64,000 nucleotides of DNA from Polyangiales bacterium (GCA_038230915.1 JBBRMI010000019.1:3444-67443); one strand, 5' to 3'; counted from the stretch's first letter, positions 19,975 to 29,533 are shown. Translations and numbers: made by a program. The notes: generated from the sequence alone by a model not told the origin.

Positions 19975-20132
19975 CGAGATTTTTTCACAGGGAGATCGGG
20001 AGATCGGGAGGTTTTGTTGTTCAAGCTGGACGAGCACGCGCGGCGACTGCGCAGCATCCGTTCGACATAGTCCGTCTCGAACCCCAAAAATTCTCGCTCC
20101 CGATCTCCCGATCTCCCTGTGCAAAAATCTCG
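19975..20132. repeat. REP-like long hairpin element, copy B (inverted relative to copy A)
   Basis: 36-bp inverted arms (35/36 match); core shares CTGCGCAGTCGCCG with copy A on the opposite strand. Confidence 0.9.
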
Positions 20133-20247
20133 GCGCCAAGCGAGACCTGAGGTCGCCCCGACAGCTTCTGCAAGGTGAGCCGCGATGCGGCAGCCCACTG
20201 CGGCTCTCGGAATGACGCGAGCAAGGTGAGGAATCCTTAGCGGGAAC

Positions 20248-21216
20248 CTAATAGCGGCGGGGCGGCGGCGCGAAGCGGCTCTGGCTATACGGAAACGCGT
20301 CGGGCTCCTGGTTGTCGCGGTACGCGTAACCGAGCGACGACAGGTCGATCCCGCGCGCTTCGAGGCCGTCGTAGTCGTCGTAGCGGAGCCGCAGCAGCGC
20401 CGCCGGATGCGTCGGCGAACGGCGCTCGAACGCCACTTCCACGACGCTATTTTGCTCACTCTCGCCGTATTCGGTGCCGATGTTGCTCGGCCCCTCCGCC
20501 CGGCCCGCGCCCGGCGCTCCCTTGCTCTTACGCGGCGCTTGATCGTCTCTGTACGAATCGCGCGCCGCGGGCGGAGCATTCTGGGCGCGCGGCGCCGCCC
20601 CGGCACCGTCCGCATCGGTAGCGCGCGGCGGCGCGCTGGGCGCAGGTGTGCGGTACTCGCTCTCCGGCAAGTAACGGCGCCGTGGTCGCCAAACTGGCGC
20701 CGGCGGGCGCGGCTTTTCGGTAAACACCGCCACGCCGATCACGCCCACGTGCTGCGGCGTGCCCCGCCTTGCCGAATAGCTCTCACCCTTGCCAGTGAAG
20801 CGAAACGCCGCGACCTCGTCCAAGCTGCGCCGAAAGCCTTCGACGAGCAGCGAGCCCCACGGCTCGATCAAGTAGCCGCGTTGACTCACGTAGTCACCGA
20901 CCTCGCCGCTGATCGCGTCGCGGCCGTCGACCGTGACGACGACCTCGATGCGTTCGCCGCTCGGGTTCTGAACGCGGATGTTGTAGCGCTCAGTCGGCTC
21001 ACCCAACACATAGGTAGTGCCGCCTTCTTGAAATGTCGGCAACACCGAGCCATCGAGGCCTTCGAGCGAGACCCGGTATGGCGGCGGCGGCGGCGGTGCG
21101 CTGCGGCGCCGCCAAGGGCTTTCGGCCCCGCAAATCGAGGCTCCGCCCAGGACTCCCAAAAACGCGAACCCCGAAATCAGCGCCAGGCGGCGAGACGAAA
21201 GCTTGGGCGAGGTCAT
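20248..21216 (-). CDS. Secreted hypothetical protein
   Basis: Signal-like N-terminus, globular 'VVVTVDGRDAISG...GFRRSLDEVAAFRF', 'VGVIGVAVF'. Confidence 0.7.
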   Translation of the reverse strand: MTSPKLSSRRLALISGFAFLGVLGGASICGAESPWRRRSAPPPPPPYRVSLEGLDGSVLPTFQEGGTTYVLGEPTERYNIRVQNPSGERIEVVVTVDGRDAISGEVGDYVSQRGYLIEPWGSLLVEGFRRSLDEVAAFRFTGKGESYSARRGTPQHVGVIGVAVFTEKPRPPAPVWRPRRRYLPESEYRTPAPSAPPRATDADGAGAAPRAQNAPPAARDSYRDDQAPRKSKGAPGAGRAEGPSNIGTEYGESEQNSVVEVAFERRSPTHPAALLRLRYDDYDGLEARGIDLSSLGYAYRDNQEPDAFPYSQSRFAPPPRRY

Positions 21217-21298
21217 CCCGGCTGATACGCCCCACCCGCGCGATCGATCTTCCGAAAACTTGGCGGGTTGGTGTCCGGCCGAGTATTGGCCGGTTTCC

Positions 21299-21613
21299 AT
21301 GGATCGTTCTCCGCCCAGCGCGCCTGCGCACCCATGCAGCCTGTGTGGTCAAAGCAGCCACGCCGACGACGTGATTTGTGGCGGGTGTGAGAGGACGTAC
21401 GGCCCGCGCGTGGCGCGACTCTTGGCGCGCGCCGAGGGTGACCAAGACTTTGCGGCAGCGTGCCTGGCGAATTTCCCGGCCCCGCTGCGCGAGCGCTTCG
21501 CGGCCTTGCTTGGACAACGCTACTTGCTGCCAGGGGCAGATACCCGCGCCCGCCCCGGCCTGCGCGCAGCCAAGCCTCGCGTCGATCCGACGCGGCTCAA
21601 GACGGCTAACTGA
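21299..21613 (+). CDS. Small Zn-ribbon hypothetical protein
   Basis: CSLC...CGGC pair near the N-terminus. Confidence 0.55.
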   Translation: MDRSPPSAPAHPCSLCGQSSHADDVICGGCERTYGPRVARLLARAEGDQDFAAACLANFPAPLRERFAALLGQRYLLPGADTRARPGLRAAKPRVDPTRLKTAN

Positions 21614-21941
21614 GACGCGATCGGAGCCTCTCCGTGGTCGATCTGTACCGCTACGTGCGTTGACAGGTCAGCGCGAGCGAGGCTCGGGCACGCCCCGGTG
21701 TCCGCTCAGTCGTTCGACGGTAATTCGAAAGAAGATCGGTACGGGGCGCGCAATTCGTGAGCGGCGTTATGGTCCCAGTGGGGCGCTAACAGCATCGACG
21801 CGACGACGCCTTTGGAGCTGAATGAGAGCGCTTGGTCGGCGGTGCCGGAAACGGCCGTGCAGCATCGACGAAAGAGCCGGAGCGGCTGCTCGCGGCGACC
21901 GCTCCAGCCTACCGAGCAGATGCTGGTTGAGATGTCCTACT

Positions 21942-22130
21942 TCACGGCGCGGGAGAGATCGCATTGGAGCGCTTCTCAATCTCAGCGACGGTCGCAGCGT
22001 CGTCGGCCGAGACGTTAATGGCGAAACTGTTGCCGGCGGACGTCACCTTCGCCTTGGCGCCCTTCAGCTCGAGCGGGCAATAAGCCATCTCCGGCATCTC
22101 ATGGCCAACAGCGGCAGCGCGCGCGACGTC
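21942..22130 (-). pseudogene. Probable C-terminal remnant of a hypothetical protein
   Basis: Coding-like 'HEMPEMAYCPLELKGAKAKVTSAGNSFAINV'; the upstream part overlaps regulatory DNA of the next gene. Confidence 0.35.
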
Positions 22131-22246
22131 GCTGATGGCAGTGGTTGCCGCCGACGTGGCTTCAGCAAGCGTCGTGCCCCCAGGCATTTCCGGGTCCAAG
22201 CGAGCGCTTTGGCAGGCAGCGCAAATCGTATCCCCGTCACTCACGG

Positions 22247-22261
22247 GCGCAGATTCTGCGC
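22247..22261. promoter_or_regulatory. Candidate enhancer (UAS) palindrome
   Basis: Perfect GCGCAGA-T-TCTGCGC, 76-90 bp upstream of a -24/-12 element. Confidence 0.6.
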
Positions 22262-22336
22262 ACCTGCGCACGACGTGCGTCCGAACCTGGCACCTCCGAA
22301 AATCAAACAAAGCGGGTCGTCAGCTTCATTTCGAAG

Positions 22337-22352
22337 TGGCTTCGATGTTGCA
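22337..22352 (+). promoter_or_regulatory. Sigma54 -24/-12 promoter candidate for the P-type ATPase
   Basis: TGGCTTCGATGTTGCA. Confidence 0.55.
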
Positions 22353-22372
22353 GCCGGCCACGAACGCGACCG

Positions 22373-24991
22373 ATGGACACGACACACCCCTCGCGACACG
22401 ACACGGGCCTGAGCGCGGCCGACGCTCTGCGACGGCTCGCGGAGTTCGGTCCGAACGAGATTCGTCGTGAGCAGCCAACCAGCCCGTGGAGCCTACTTCT
22501 CGGGCAATTCAACAGCGCACTGGTCGGCCTTTTGCTCGTCGCTGGTGTCGTATCCGCAGCGTTCGGTGAAGTAGCGGATGCGATTGCCATCGGCACGATC
22601 GTGATTCTGAACGGGGTGGTCGGGTTCTTTCAGGAGTATCGCGCCGAGAAGGCCGTGCTCGCGCTGCGTGCGATGACCGCTCCGCACGCGCGCCTGATCA
22701 GGGACGCTAAGCAGCTCGTCGTTCCGGCCGCCACCGTCGTTCCGGGCGACGTGTTGGTGCTCGAGGCGGGCGACGTCGTGGCGGCGGACGCGCAGGTGCT
22801 CGAAGCCAACGGCCTACTGCTCAACGAGGCGAGCCTGACCGGTGAAAGTGCCGCGGTCGACAAAAACGCCTCGCCTTCGAGTACTGAGGCGCCCCTGGCC
22901 GAGCGCCACGACCAGGTGTTCATGGGCACCGCCGTCGCGAATGGAACGGGACTCGCCGAGGTCGTGGGCACGGGCATGCGAACCGAGCTTGGCAAGATAG
23001 CGGACATGCTCAATACGGCCGAGGATACCGAGACGCCGCTGCAGCGCCGGCTGGCAGGCCTTGGCCGCTCTCTGCTCTACATCTGCATCGGTATCGTGGT
23101 GCTGACGGCGGCGGCAGGCCTGCTGCGCGGTCTCAAACCGCTAGAAGTGCTGCTATCCGCGGTCTGCTTGGCCGTTGCTGCGGTTCCCGAAGGCTTGCCG
23201 GCGATCGTCACGGTGGCTCTCGCGCTCGGGGTGCAGCGCATGGTGTCGCAACACGTGCTGATTCGCAAGCTGCCGGCGGTGGAGACGCTCGGCTGCGCGA
23301 CGGTCATTTGCACCGACAAGACTGGCACGTTGACGACCGGCGTCATGACGGCGCGCGAGCTGTGGGGTTCCGACCACCGCGCCCTGCTTGATGCGGCCGC
23401 GTCGTGTTGCGACGCCGAGCTCGACGCAAGCGAACGAACCGGGCTCGGTGATCCTACGGAGGTGGCGATCCTGGTGGCTGCAGCCGAGCGCGGGATTCGG
23501 CGCGGCGAGATTGAACGGCAGCGCGCGCGGCTCAATCTCATGCCCTTCGACGCGGATCGCAAGCGCATGTCGATCCGGCGCGGCGACGGCAAGATCTACG
23601 TCAAGGGTGCCGTGGAGGTATTGCTCGCTCGCTCGGTGGCTGGGGTCGCCGGTGCCGCGGAGGCCAATGCTCAAATGGCGGCGCGCGGGCTGCGCGTCTT
23701 GGCGGTCGCGGTTGGCGACGGTGAGACCGAAGAGAAGCTCACGTTGGTCGGCCTCTTGGGGCTCGCCGATCCACCGCGCCCCGAGGCGATCGAAGCCGTG
23801 GCGCAGGCACGCTCCGCCGGCATCAAGACCGTGATGATCACCGGCGACCACCCCGCGACCGCACTCGCGATCGCCAAGGAGCTCGGCATCATGGGTCCCG
23901 GTGACTCCGCCGAGGAGGTCGTTCACGCGCGCGCAACGCCCGCCGACAAGCTCAGGATCGTTCGGGAATGGAAGGCGCGCGGCGCGATCGTGGCTATGAC
24001 GGGCGACGGCGTGAACGACGCCCCCGCCCTGCGCGAAGCTCACATTGGAGTAGCCATGGGCAAGGGCGGCACCGAGGTCACGCGCGAGGCTGCGGCCATG
24101 GTGCTGACGGACGACAACTTCGCGGGCATCGTGGCGGCGGTGCGCGAGGGCCGAGGCATCTTCGACAACATTCGCAAGACGCTCGTGTACCTGCTAGCCG
24201 GCAATACGGGCGAGCTGGCGTTGATGCTCAGCGCAGCCCTTGCGGGCCTGCCGCTCCCCCTGCTGCCGTTACATCTGCTGTGGATCAACCTGGTTACCGA
24301 CGGCATGCCAGCGTTGGCGTTGGTCATGGATCCAACTGAAGGCGACGCGCTCGCACGTCCACCGCGCCGACCCGACGAGCCGCTCTTGGGACGGCCGGAG
24401 TGGACGCACGTGATCGTCACCGGACTTTTGCAAGCGGTCACCACGCTGGCGGTCTTCGTCTGGGCGCTGCACTCGCGCAACCTGATCGAGGCGCGCAGTC
24501 TCGCCTTCTCGGTCATCGTCTACTGCGAGATTTTCCGGGCCTTTGCGGCCAGGAGCTTCACCCGCACGTTCTGGGAGGTGGGAGCGTTCAGCAACTTGAA
24601 GCTGGTTGGCGTGGTGGTCGTGTCGTTCATCGTACAGCTCGGCATCCACCACATTCCGGTGACACAGAGGCTGTTCCAACTCGGGAGCTTGTCGGCGGGA
24701 GACTGCGCGCTGTCGGTGCTGGCAGGCCTGTTGCCAGTGACGGTGCTTGAGGTATCGAAGCTGGTTCGTCGCGCCCCACCGACTCCGCGCGCTGGCGTTG
24801 CGGTGTTGGGGCTGCTGCTGGTTCTGTTTCACACGGCGCCGGCGCCTGCGGCCGACGCGACGCTCGACACTTTCATCGCTCAAGTAGCCGCGCGAGCTTT
24901 CACTGATCTACGAAAGGCGAACTCTAACTCACGCTGTCCACACTCTCAATTGCTCCAGGACATCGTCCAAGTCATCGCCCGAGACGGGTAA
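22373..24991 (+). CDS. Cation-transporting P-type ATPase (P2A/CtpF-like)
   Basis: 'LTGES', 'VPEGLP', 'ICTDKTGTLT', 'MTGDGVNDAPAL', 'WINLVTDG'; the C-terminal tail overlaps the next gene. Confidence 0.93.
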   Translation: MDTTHPSRHDTGLSAADALRRLAEFGPNEIRREQPTSPWSLLLGQFNSALVGLLLVAGVVSAAFGEVADAIAIGTIVILNGVVGFFQEYRAEKAVLALRAMTAPHARLIRDAKQLVVPAATVVPGDVLVLEAGDVVAADAQVLEANGLLLNEASLTGESAAVDKNASPSSTEAPLAERHDQVFMGTAVANGTGLAEVVGTGMRTELGKIADMLNTAEDTETPLQRRLAGLGRSLLYICIGIVVLTAAAGLLRGLKPLEVLLSAVCLAVAAVPEGLPAIVTVALALGVQRMVSQHVLIRKLPAVETLGCATVICTDKTGTLTTGVMTARELWGSDHRALLDAAASCCDAELDASERTGLGDPTEVAILVAAAERGIRRGEIERQRARLNLMPFDADRKRMSIRRGDGKIYVKGAVEVLLARSVAGVAGAAEANAQMAARGLRVLAVAVGDGETEEKLTLVGLLGLADPPRPEAIEAVAQARSAGIKTVMITGDHPATALAIAKELGIMGPGDSAEEVVHARATPADKLRIVREWKARGAIVAMTGDGVNDAPALREAHIGVAMGKGGTEVTREAAAMVLTDDNFAGIVAAVREGRGIFDNIRKTLVYLLAGNTGELALMLSAALAGLPLPLLPLHLLWINLVTDGMPALALVMDPTEGDALARPPRRPDEPLLGRPEWTHVIVTGLLQAVTTLAVFVWALHSRNLIEARSLAFSVIVYCEIFRAFAARSFTRTFWEVGAFSNLKLVGVVVVSFIVQLGIHHIPVTQRLFQLGSLSAGDCALSVLAGLLPVTVLEVSKLVRRAPPTPRAGVAVLGLLLVLFHTAPAPAADATLDTFIAQVAARAFTDLRKANSNSRCPHSQLLQDIVQVIARDG

Positions 24992-26131
24992 GCTGGGCAG
25001 CAGTCGCGCGATGTTTTGGCTGACCCACGCGGGTGCGTGCACAAGGCTGGGCGCGCTGGGTCCGAGGCCAAACAGACGATTCCATTCAATGCGGCGTTGT
25101 TCCGCGTAGGCTGAGCCGAGCGGACCGCGGCGTTCGGCAAGGTTGTGGGCGATCCGGCGAGCGAGGTCGTCTGCCTCGTGCACTCCGGTGTTGATGCTTT
25201 GCCCTCCTAGCGGGCTGGTGGAGTGGGCCGCGTCGCCGGCCAGCCACACGCGCTGGTGCCCGAAGCTGGACGCGAGCGCGGGGTGGAACTCCGCGCTCCC
25301 GCTCCAATCGAAGTTGCTGGGGTCCGCGGCATACCCAGGCATCCGCGTCGCAAGCAGCTCTCGAAGCTCGGTGAGTCCGGGCGGTTGCGGAGTGCGCACC
25401 GCCACTTGAAAGCAGAAGCGCGAGAAGTCCCCTTGCAGCGGGTAAACGGTGCTGCCGTAGCCGGATGACAGCATGAGACGCGCTTTGTCTCCAGCACGTG
25501 GATCGGAAGCGTCGTAGAAGACATAAGCCTCACGCTCGCCGCGTTCGACCATCTCGATGCCGAGAGCTGTTCGAACGGTCGAACGAAGACCGTCCGCCCC
25601 AATGACGAAGTCGGCCTCGACGGTCTGGGCAGACACGTCCAGCCATTCGGGCTTGAGCGCAGGAGCTTCGCCCTCGACACGCGCGCGCCGCACCAGCCCC
25701 ACCCTGACGAGCGCCTCGTCCTGCTCTAGCGCGACGAGGCGCGTGTTCCACTCGACCTCGGTACCAAGGCTCGACAGTCGGTACATCAACCCTTGCCGCA
25801 GGACGTCCTGAGGCAGGGTCAGGGCTCCGGGGGACACCTCCTCAGCGGATGGAAGGTCCAACACCCCGCAAAGTGCGTGCTCGACGTAGACAGCCAAGTG
25901 CCTGATGGATCGCCCGCGCCACTCGAGCGGGGCGGTGACCCCCAGCGAAGCCAGCGTCTGGAGCGTGCGCGCATGCAGGATGACCGGGTAAGTGTGTTTG
26001 CCGTCAGCGGTCTGTTCGTCGATGACGCGCACACCCACCCCTTGCTCGCGCAATCGAATCGCCGCGACCAACCCTACGGGACCCGCGCCGACGATCATCA
26101 CCGCCGTCCGCGCGCTTGCCGAGCTTGCCAT
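24929..26131 (-). CDS. FAD-dependent monooxygenase (class A flavoprotein hydroxylase-like), paralog 1
   Basis: 'IVGAGPVGL', 'VIGADG', 'WLAGDAAHSTSPLGGQSINTG'. Confidence 0.85.
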   Translation of the reverse strand: MASSASARTAVMIVGAGPVGLVAAIRLREQGVGVRVIDEQTADGKHTYPVILHARTLQTLASLGVTAPLEWRGRSIRHLAVYVEHALCGVLDLPSAEEVSPGALTLPQDVLRQGLMYRLSSLGTEVEWNTRLVALEQDEALVRVGLVRRARVEGEAPALKPEWLDVSAQTVEADFVIGADGLRSTVRTALGIEMVERGEREAYVFYDASDPRAGDKARLMLSSGYGSTVYPLQGDFSRFCFQVAVRTPQPPGLTELRELLATRMPGYAADPSNFDWSGSAEFHPALASSFGHQRVWLAGDAAHSTSPLGGQSINTGVHEADDLARRIAHNLAERRGPLGSAYAEQRRIEWNRLFGLGPSAPSLVHAPAWVSQNIARLLPSLPVSGDDLDDVLEQLRVWTA

Positions 26132-26143
26132 ACCCAGTGAGGC

Positions 26144-26159
26144 TGCACGAAGCGCGCCA
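26144..26159 (-). promoter_or_regulatory. Sigma54 promoter candidate for monooxygenase 1
   Basis: TGGCGCGCTTCGTGCA on the minus strand. Confidence 0.4.
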
Positions 26160-26183
26160 GCAGCCGTGGGGGGCAATCGGAGC

Positions 26184-26639
26184 TCAGCTCGCGTCGACGG
26201 AGACAGGAGCGCGGGTCGTGAGGACCGGCACCGGACTCGTTCGCACCACCTTCTCGGCGACGCTGCCCATCAAAGCGTGGCTCAAGCCGCGCCGACCGTG
26301 CGTGCCCATAACGACGAGGTCTGGCCTGACCTCGTTGATCGCGTCGATGATCTGCTGCCAAGGTGCGCCCATTTTGAGCACCGATTTCGTGCGGGGCACG
26401 CGCGCCTTCACTTCGTTCAGCTTGGTTTGCAGGTACTGTGCAGCCGATTTTTCGACGTTCTTGGTCAGCTCATCCACGTTGATCATCAGCTCCATGTACG
26501 GGTAAACGGGAAGCTCCCAGGCGTGCAGCAGCGTCAACTCGGCGTCGAACTGTTTGGCGAGAATGATCGCGAGCTCAACCGCTTCGGCTGATGAGGCTGC
26601 AAAATCGGTGGGGACGAGGATGTGCTTGATCGGCTTCAT
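26184..26639 (-). CDS. Universal stress protein
   Basis: 'KHILVPTDF', 'DLVVMGTHGRRGLSHALMGSVAEKVVR'. Confidence 0.95.
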   Translation of the reverse strand: MKPIKHILVPTDFAASSAEAVELAIILAKQFDAELTLLHAWELPVYPYMELMINVDELTKNVEKSAAQYLQTKLNEVKARVPRTKSVLKMGAPWQQIIDAINEVRPDLVVMGTHGRRGLSHALMGSVAEKVVRTSPVPVLTTRAPVSVDAS

Positions 26640-26657
26640 AGGCGGTTCGCTCCGTTC

Positions 26658-26825
26658 AGCAAAGCCCGTGCCGCGCGCAAATCTGCTTCCGTTGGGGGGC
26701 CTCGGAACCGACTGCTGCGCGGTTCTTGCGCAGGAGCGCACGAACTGCGGCGAAGCGCCGCGCAGCGACCGCCACCGCCGACGGAACCCGGCCAAGCCGC
26801 GAAACACCTGGGCACGCCGCTTGCT
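26658..26825. promoter_or_regulatory. Divergent sigma54 promoters (usp / grpE) sharing two central palindromes
   Basis: CGGCACGGGCTTTGCT (minus, 26658-26673); GCGCGGTTCTTGCGC (26717-26731); GCGCACGAACTGCGG (26736-26750); GGGCACGCCGCTTGCT (plus, 26810-26825). Confidence 0.7.
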
Positions 26826-26839
26826 CGAAGGAGAGCACT

Positions 26840-27352
26840 ATGCTGAAAGATGAGACGGCGGCCCGCGACGGTAGTGTCGATGCACCCGACGGGGCAGCCT
26901 CCTTGGCGCGCGCCTATCGTGAGCTCGAGGCCACCCAGGCGCGTATTCAGACAGGCGCCGAGCGCGTGTACGACGAGACGAGACGCGGGCTCGTCGTACA
27001 GCTCTTGCCAGTCCTCGACAACCTCGACCGAACCATCGATGCCGCGGAAAAGGCGAGTGACGGGGCGCTGGTCGACGGTGTTCGCATCGTGCGCGCCGAG
27101 CTCGAAACCGTGCTCTTTGGCTACGGCGTCGAACGCATCGACGCCGCCGGGCAGCGCTTCGACCCACGCCTCCACGAGGCCGTCGCCGCTGTCCCCGTCA
27201 CAGACCCGAAGCTCGTGGGAGCCGTCATGCAACAGGCTGCTTCCGGGTATCGCCTCGGCGCCCAGATCCTGCGTGCAGCCAAGGTGAGCGTGGGCGTGCA
27301 GAGCTCAACGGTGCAAAGCGGGCGTCTCCGCACGCTTGGACCGCGTTGGTGA
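26840..27352 (+). CDS. grpE: GrpE-like nucleotide exchange factor (no dnaK nearby)
   Basis: 'LLPVLDNLDR', 'FDPRLHEAV', 'GYRLGAQILRAAKVSV'; AAGGAG RBS. Confidence 0.85.
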   Translation: MLKDETAARDGSVDAPDGAASLARAYRELEATQARIQTGAERVYDETRRGLVVQLLPVLDNLDRTIDAAEKASDGALVDGVRIVRAELETVLFGYGVERIDAAGQRFDPRLHEAVAAVPVTDPKLVGAVMQQAASGYRLGAQILRAAKVSVGVQSSTVQSGRLRTLGPRW

Positions 27353-27432
27353 CCATCGCATTCGCTCACGGTGCAACGAATTCACGAACCCTTCTCGCTG
27401 CCCGGGGCCCTCAACCAAGGAAAGAGAAAACC

Positions 27433-27639
27433 ATGTGTCGGCGTGTCACCTGTCAGAGTTGCGGAAAGCCGAGCTACGTGGGCTGCGGCCGCCATATCGA
27501 AGCCGTCTTGGCGGACGTTCCGCCCGACGCCCGATGCCACTGCCGCGAAACCGGCCGAAAGGACCGATCGTCGCCGAGTCAATCGGTGAAAGATTGGTTC
27601 GCCTCGCTGTTCGACGCGGCCTCCGGGAGGCGAACGTGA
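27433..27639 (+). CDS. Small Cys-rich protein, copy 1
   Basis: 'MCRRVTCQSCGKPSYVGCGRHIEAVLADVPPDARCHC'; paralog at 54775 keeps all six Cys. Confidence 0.8.
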   Translation: MCRRVTCQSCGKPSYVGCGRHIEAVLADVPPDARCHCRETGRKDRSSPSQSVKDWFASLFDAASGRRT

Positions 27640-28064
27640 AGGCGGTCATCGAATCGGCGGGCGGAGTCGCGAGCCACGTCCGAATCGCTTCGCATGAGTT
27701 GCTGTTCGACCAACCGAGCTCGGTTCCTGGCGGCCAGGACCGCGGCCCGTCGCCGCTGGACGTAATGGCGGCGGCGGTCGGTGCTTGCGCGCACTACTTT
27801 GCGGCGGCATTTTTGCATGCGCGCGGGCTCGCGCCGTCAGGACTTCGAGTCGAAGTGAACGCAGACAAAGTGCGCGAACCCTCACCGCGATTCGGCAAGC
27901 TAGCAATCCACGTAACCTTGCCAGCGGGCGTCCCGGAGCACTACCTGCCAATGATTGAACGCGCCGTGCGCAGCTGCCCGGCCTACGGCACACTGCTGCA
28001 CTCACCCGAAGTGGAGCTGTCTTTCTCCCAAGAGACTGCCGAGGTGCGTGCTCCCGCAGCGTGA
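27636..28064 (+). CDS. OsmC/Ohr-family protein, copy 1
   Basis: 'DQP..GGQDRGPSPLDVMAAAVGAC', 'SCPAY'; GTGA overlap with the upstream gene. Confidence 0.88.
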   Translation: MKAVIESAGGVASHVRIASHELLFDQPSSVPGGQDRGPSPLDVMAAAVGACAHYFAAAFLHARGLAPSGLRVEVNADKVREPSPRFGKLAIHVTLPAGVPEHYLPMIERAVRSCPAYGTLLHSPEVELSFSQETAEVRAPAA

Positions 28065-28144
28065 GCGGGCGACGCCGCCGCAAGATCAGCGCGCCTGAGA
28101 CTGGTCGGCGAGGAAGGCGGCGGCGAAGCGGCCCGCTGGTGCGC

Positions 28145-28238
28145 ACGCGGATCCTGCGCGCACCAGCCGCATTTTCTGCGCGAGAGTCGCGCCCCTCTAG
28201 TCGCGGAGCCGGCCGAACGATTCGGCACGGACATTGCT
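28145..28238 (+). promoter_or_regulatory. Two palindromes plus sigma54 promoter for monooxygenase 2
   Basis: ACGCGGATCCTGCGC (28145-28159), CCGCATTTTCTGCGC (28167-28181), CGGCACGGACATTGCT (28223-28238). Confidence 0.65.
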
Positions 28239-28250
28239 CCGTCGTAGTGG

Positions 28251-29477
28251 ATGATCTCCACCCGCACGCTCCGCGAAGGTCGTACGCAGGTCCTGGTCGT
28301 TGGCGCGGGACCGGTTGGACTACTGGCGGCGCTACGCCTGCGCGAGCAAGGCATCGACGTGCGCATCATCGAACAACAGACCGAGCTGCGCGCCCGTACC
28401 TACCCGGTGGTCCTGCACCCACAAAGTCTGCGGCTGCTGAACGACCTCGGGCTGTCGGCGGCGCTGTTTTGGCGCGGGCGGCCAGTGACGCGGCTCGCGG
28501 TTTATACCGAGTACGAGCGGCGCGCCGTGCTCGATCCGCCCAAGGTGAAGGGCGTGGCGGCAGGCCTTTTGACCTTGCCGCAAGACGTCCTGCGGCAGGC
28601 GTTGACCAATGCGCTGACGCGAACCGGGGTATCGATCGAGTGGAACACGCGCTTGGCAGTGCTGGCCCAGGATGAGGGCGCGGTCTGGGGACGCCTCGTT
28701 CAGCAGGAACCGTGCGCGATCGGCGCTGTCAGTCGCGTCAGCGTGGACGCTTTCGATGCCGACTACGTGATCGGCGCCGACGGCTACGAGTCCACGGTGC
28801 GCGAAGCGCTTGGCATCAAGCTCACCGAACATGGAGCGCTGTCGAGCTACGTCTTCTTCGACGCGGCCACGGAGCGCTCCGGGCGCGAAGCCCAGCTCTC
28901 GCTGTCCGAGGACTTCGCGAACAGCGTTTATCCACTGCAAGATGGTCTGTCGCGTTTCACATTTCAGATGGCATGCGCGCTGGACAGGGCGCCTGATCTA
29001 CAGCTTTTTCGCGAGCTGCTCGGGTCACGTTTGCCCTGGTACAAATCCGACATCGAAATCTGCTCATGGAGTGGAGTCGCCGAATTTCGACGCGCGCTAG
29101 TCGAGAAGTTCGGCCAAGGTCGAGTCTGGTTGGCGGGGGAGGCAGCGCACTTGACCGGACCGCTCGGCGTGCAAAGCCTGAACGTCGGCCTCGACGAGGC
29201 CAACGAGCTTGCACTGCGGATGGCCGATTCGCTCAGGCACGGCTCGCGGCAACCTTTCGGTCCCGACTACGACGCCCGGCGCGGCCTGCAGTGGCGCGAG
29301 CTCTTGGGCCTCGAGCAGCGCGCCGTGCTCAGCGGGCGTTCTCCCGATTGGGCTCGCCGCAACCTGGGCCGACTCGTCTCGTGCCTACCCGCTTCCGAAG
29401 CCGACCTCGACGACTTGCTCGACCAGCTGCGCGTCACGCCGGTTTCCGACCATCCGGAGCACGCCGCCGGCAACTGA
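28251..29477 (+). CDS. FAD-dependent monooxygenase, paralog 2
   Basis: 'VVGAGPVGL', 'VIGADG', 'WLAGEAAHLTGPLGVQSLNVG'. Confidence 0.85.
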   Translation: MISTRTLREGRTQVLVVGAGPVGLLAALRLREQGIDVRIIEQQTELRARTYPVVLHPQSLRLLNDLGLSAALFWRGRPVTRLAVYTEYERRAVLDPPKVKGVAAGLLTLPQDVLRQALTNALTRTGVSIEWNTRLAVLAQDEGAVWGRLVQQEPCAIGAVSRVSVDAFDADYVIGADGYESTVREALGIKLTEHGALSSYVFFDAATERSGREAQLSLSEDFANSVYPLQDGLSRFTFQMACALDRAPDLQLFRELLGSRLPWYKSDIEICSWSGVAEFRRALVEKFGQGRVWLAGEAAHLTGPLGVQSLNVGLDEANELALRMADSLRHGSRQPFGPDYDARRGLQWRELLGLEQRAVLSGRSPDWARRNLGRLVSCLPASEADLDDLLDQLRVTPVSDHPEHAAGN

Positions 29478-29533
29478 GCGCGCCAGCGGTTATGCTTTGT
29501 TGCAAGATCCGCTCGGGTCGCCGCTCGAAAGGC

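Noticed and set aside
21620-21940. Possible attachment site or ncRNA at the left edge of the accessory region
   Set aside because: No tRNA 3' end, direct repeat or convincing structure could be identified.
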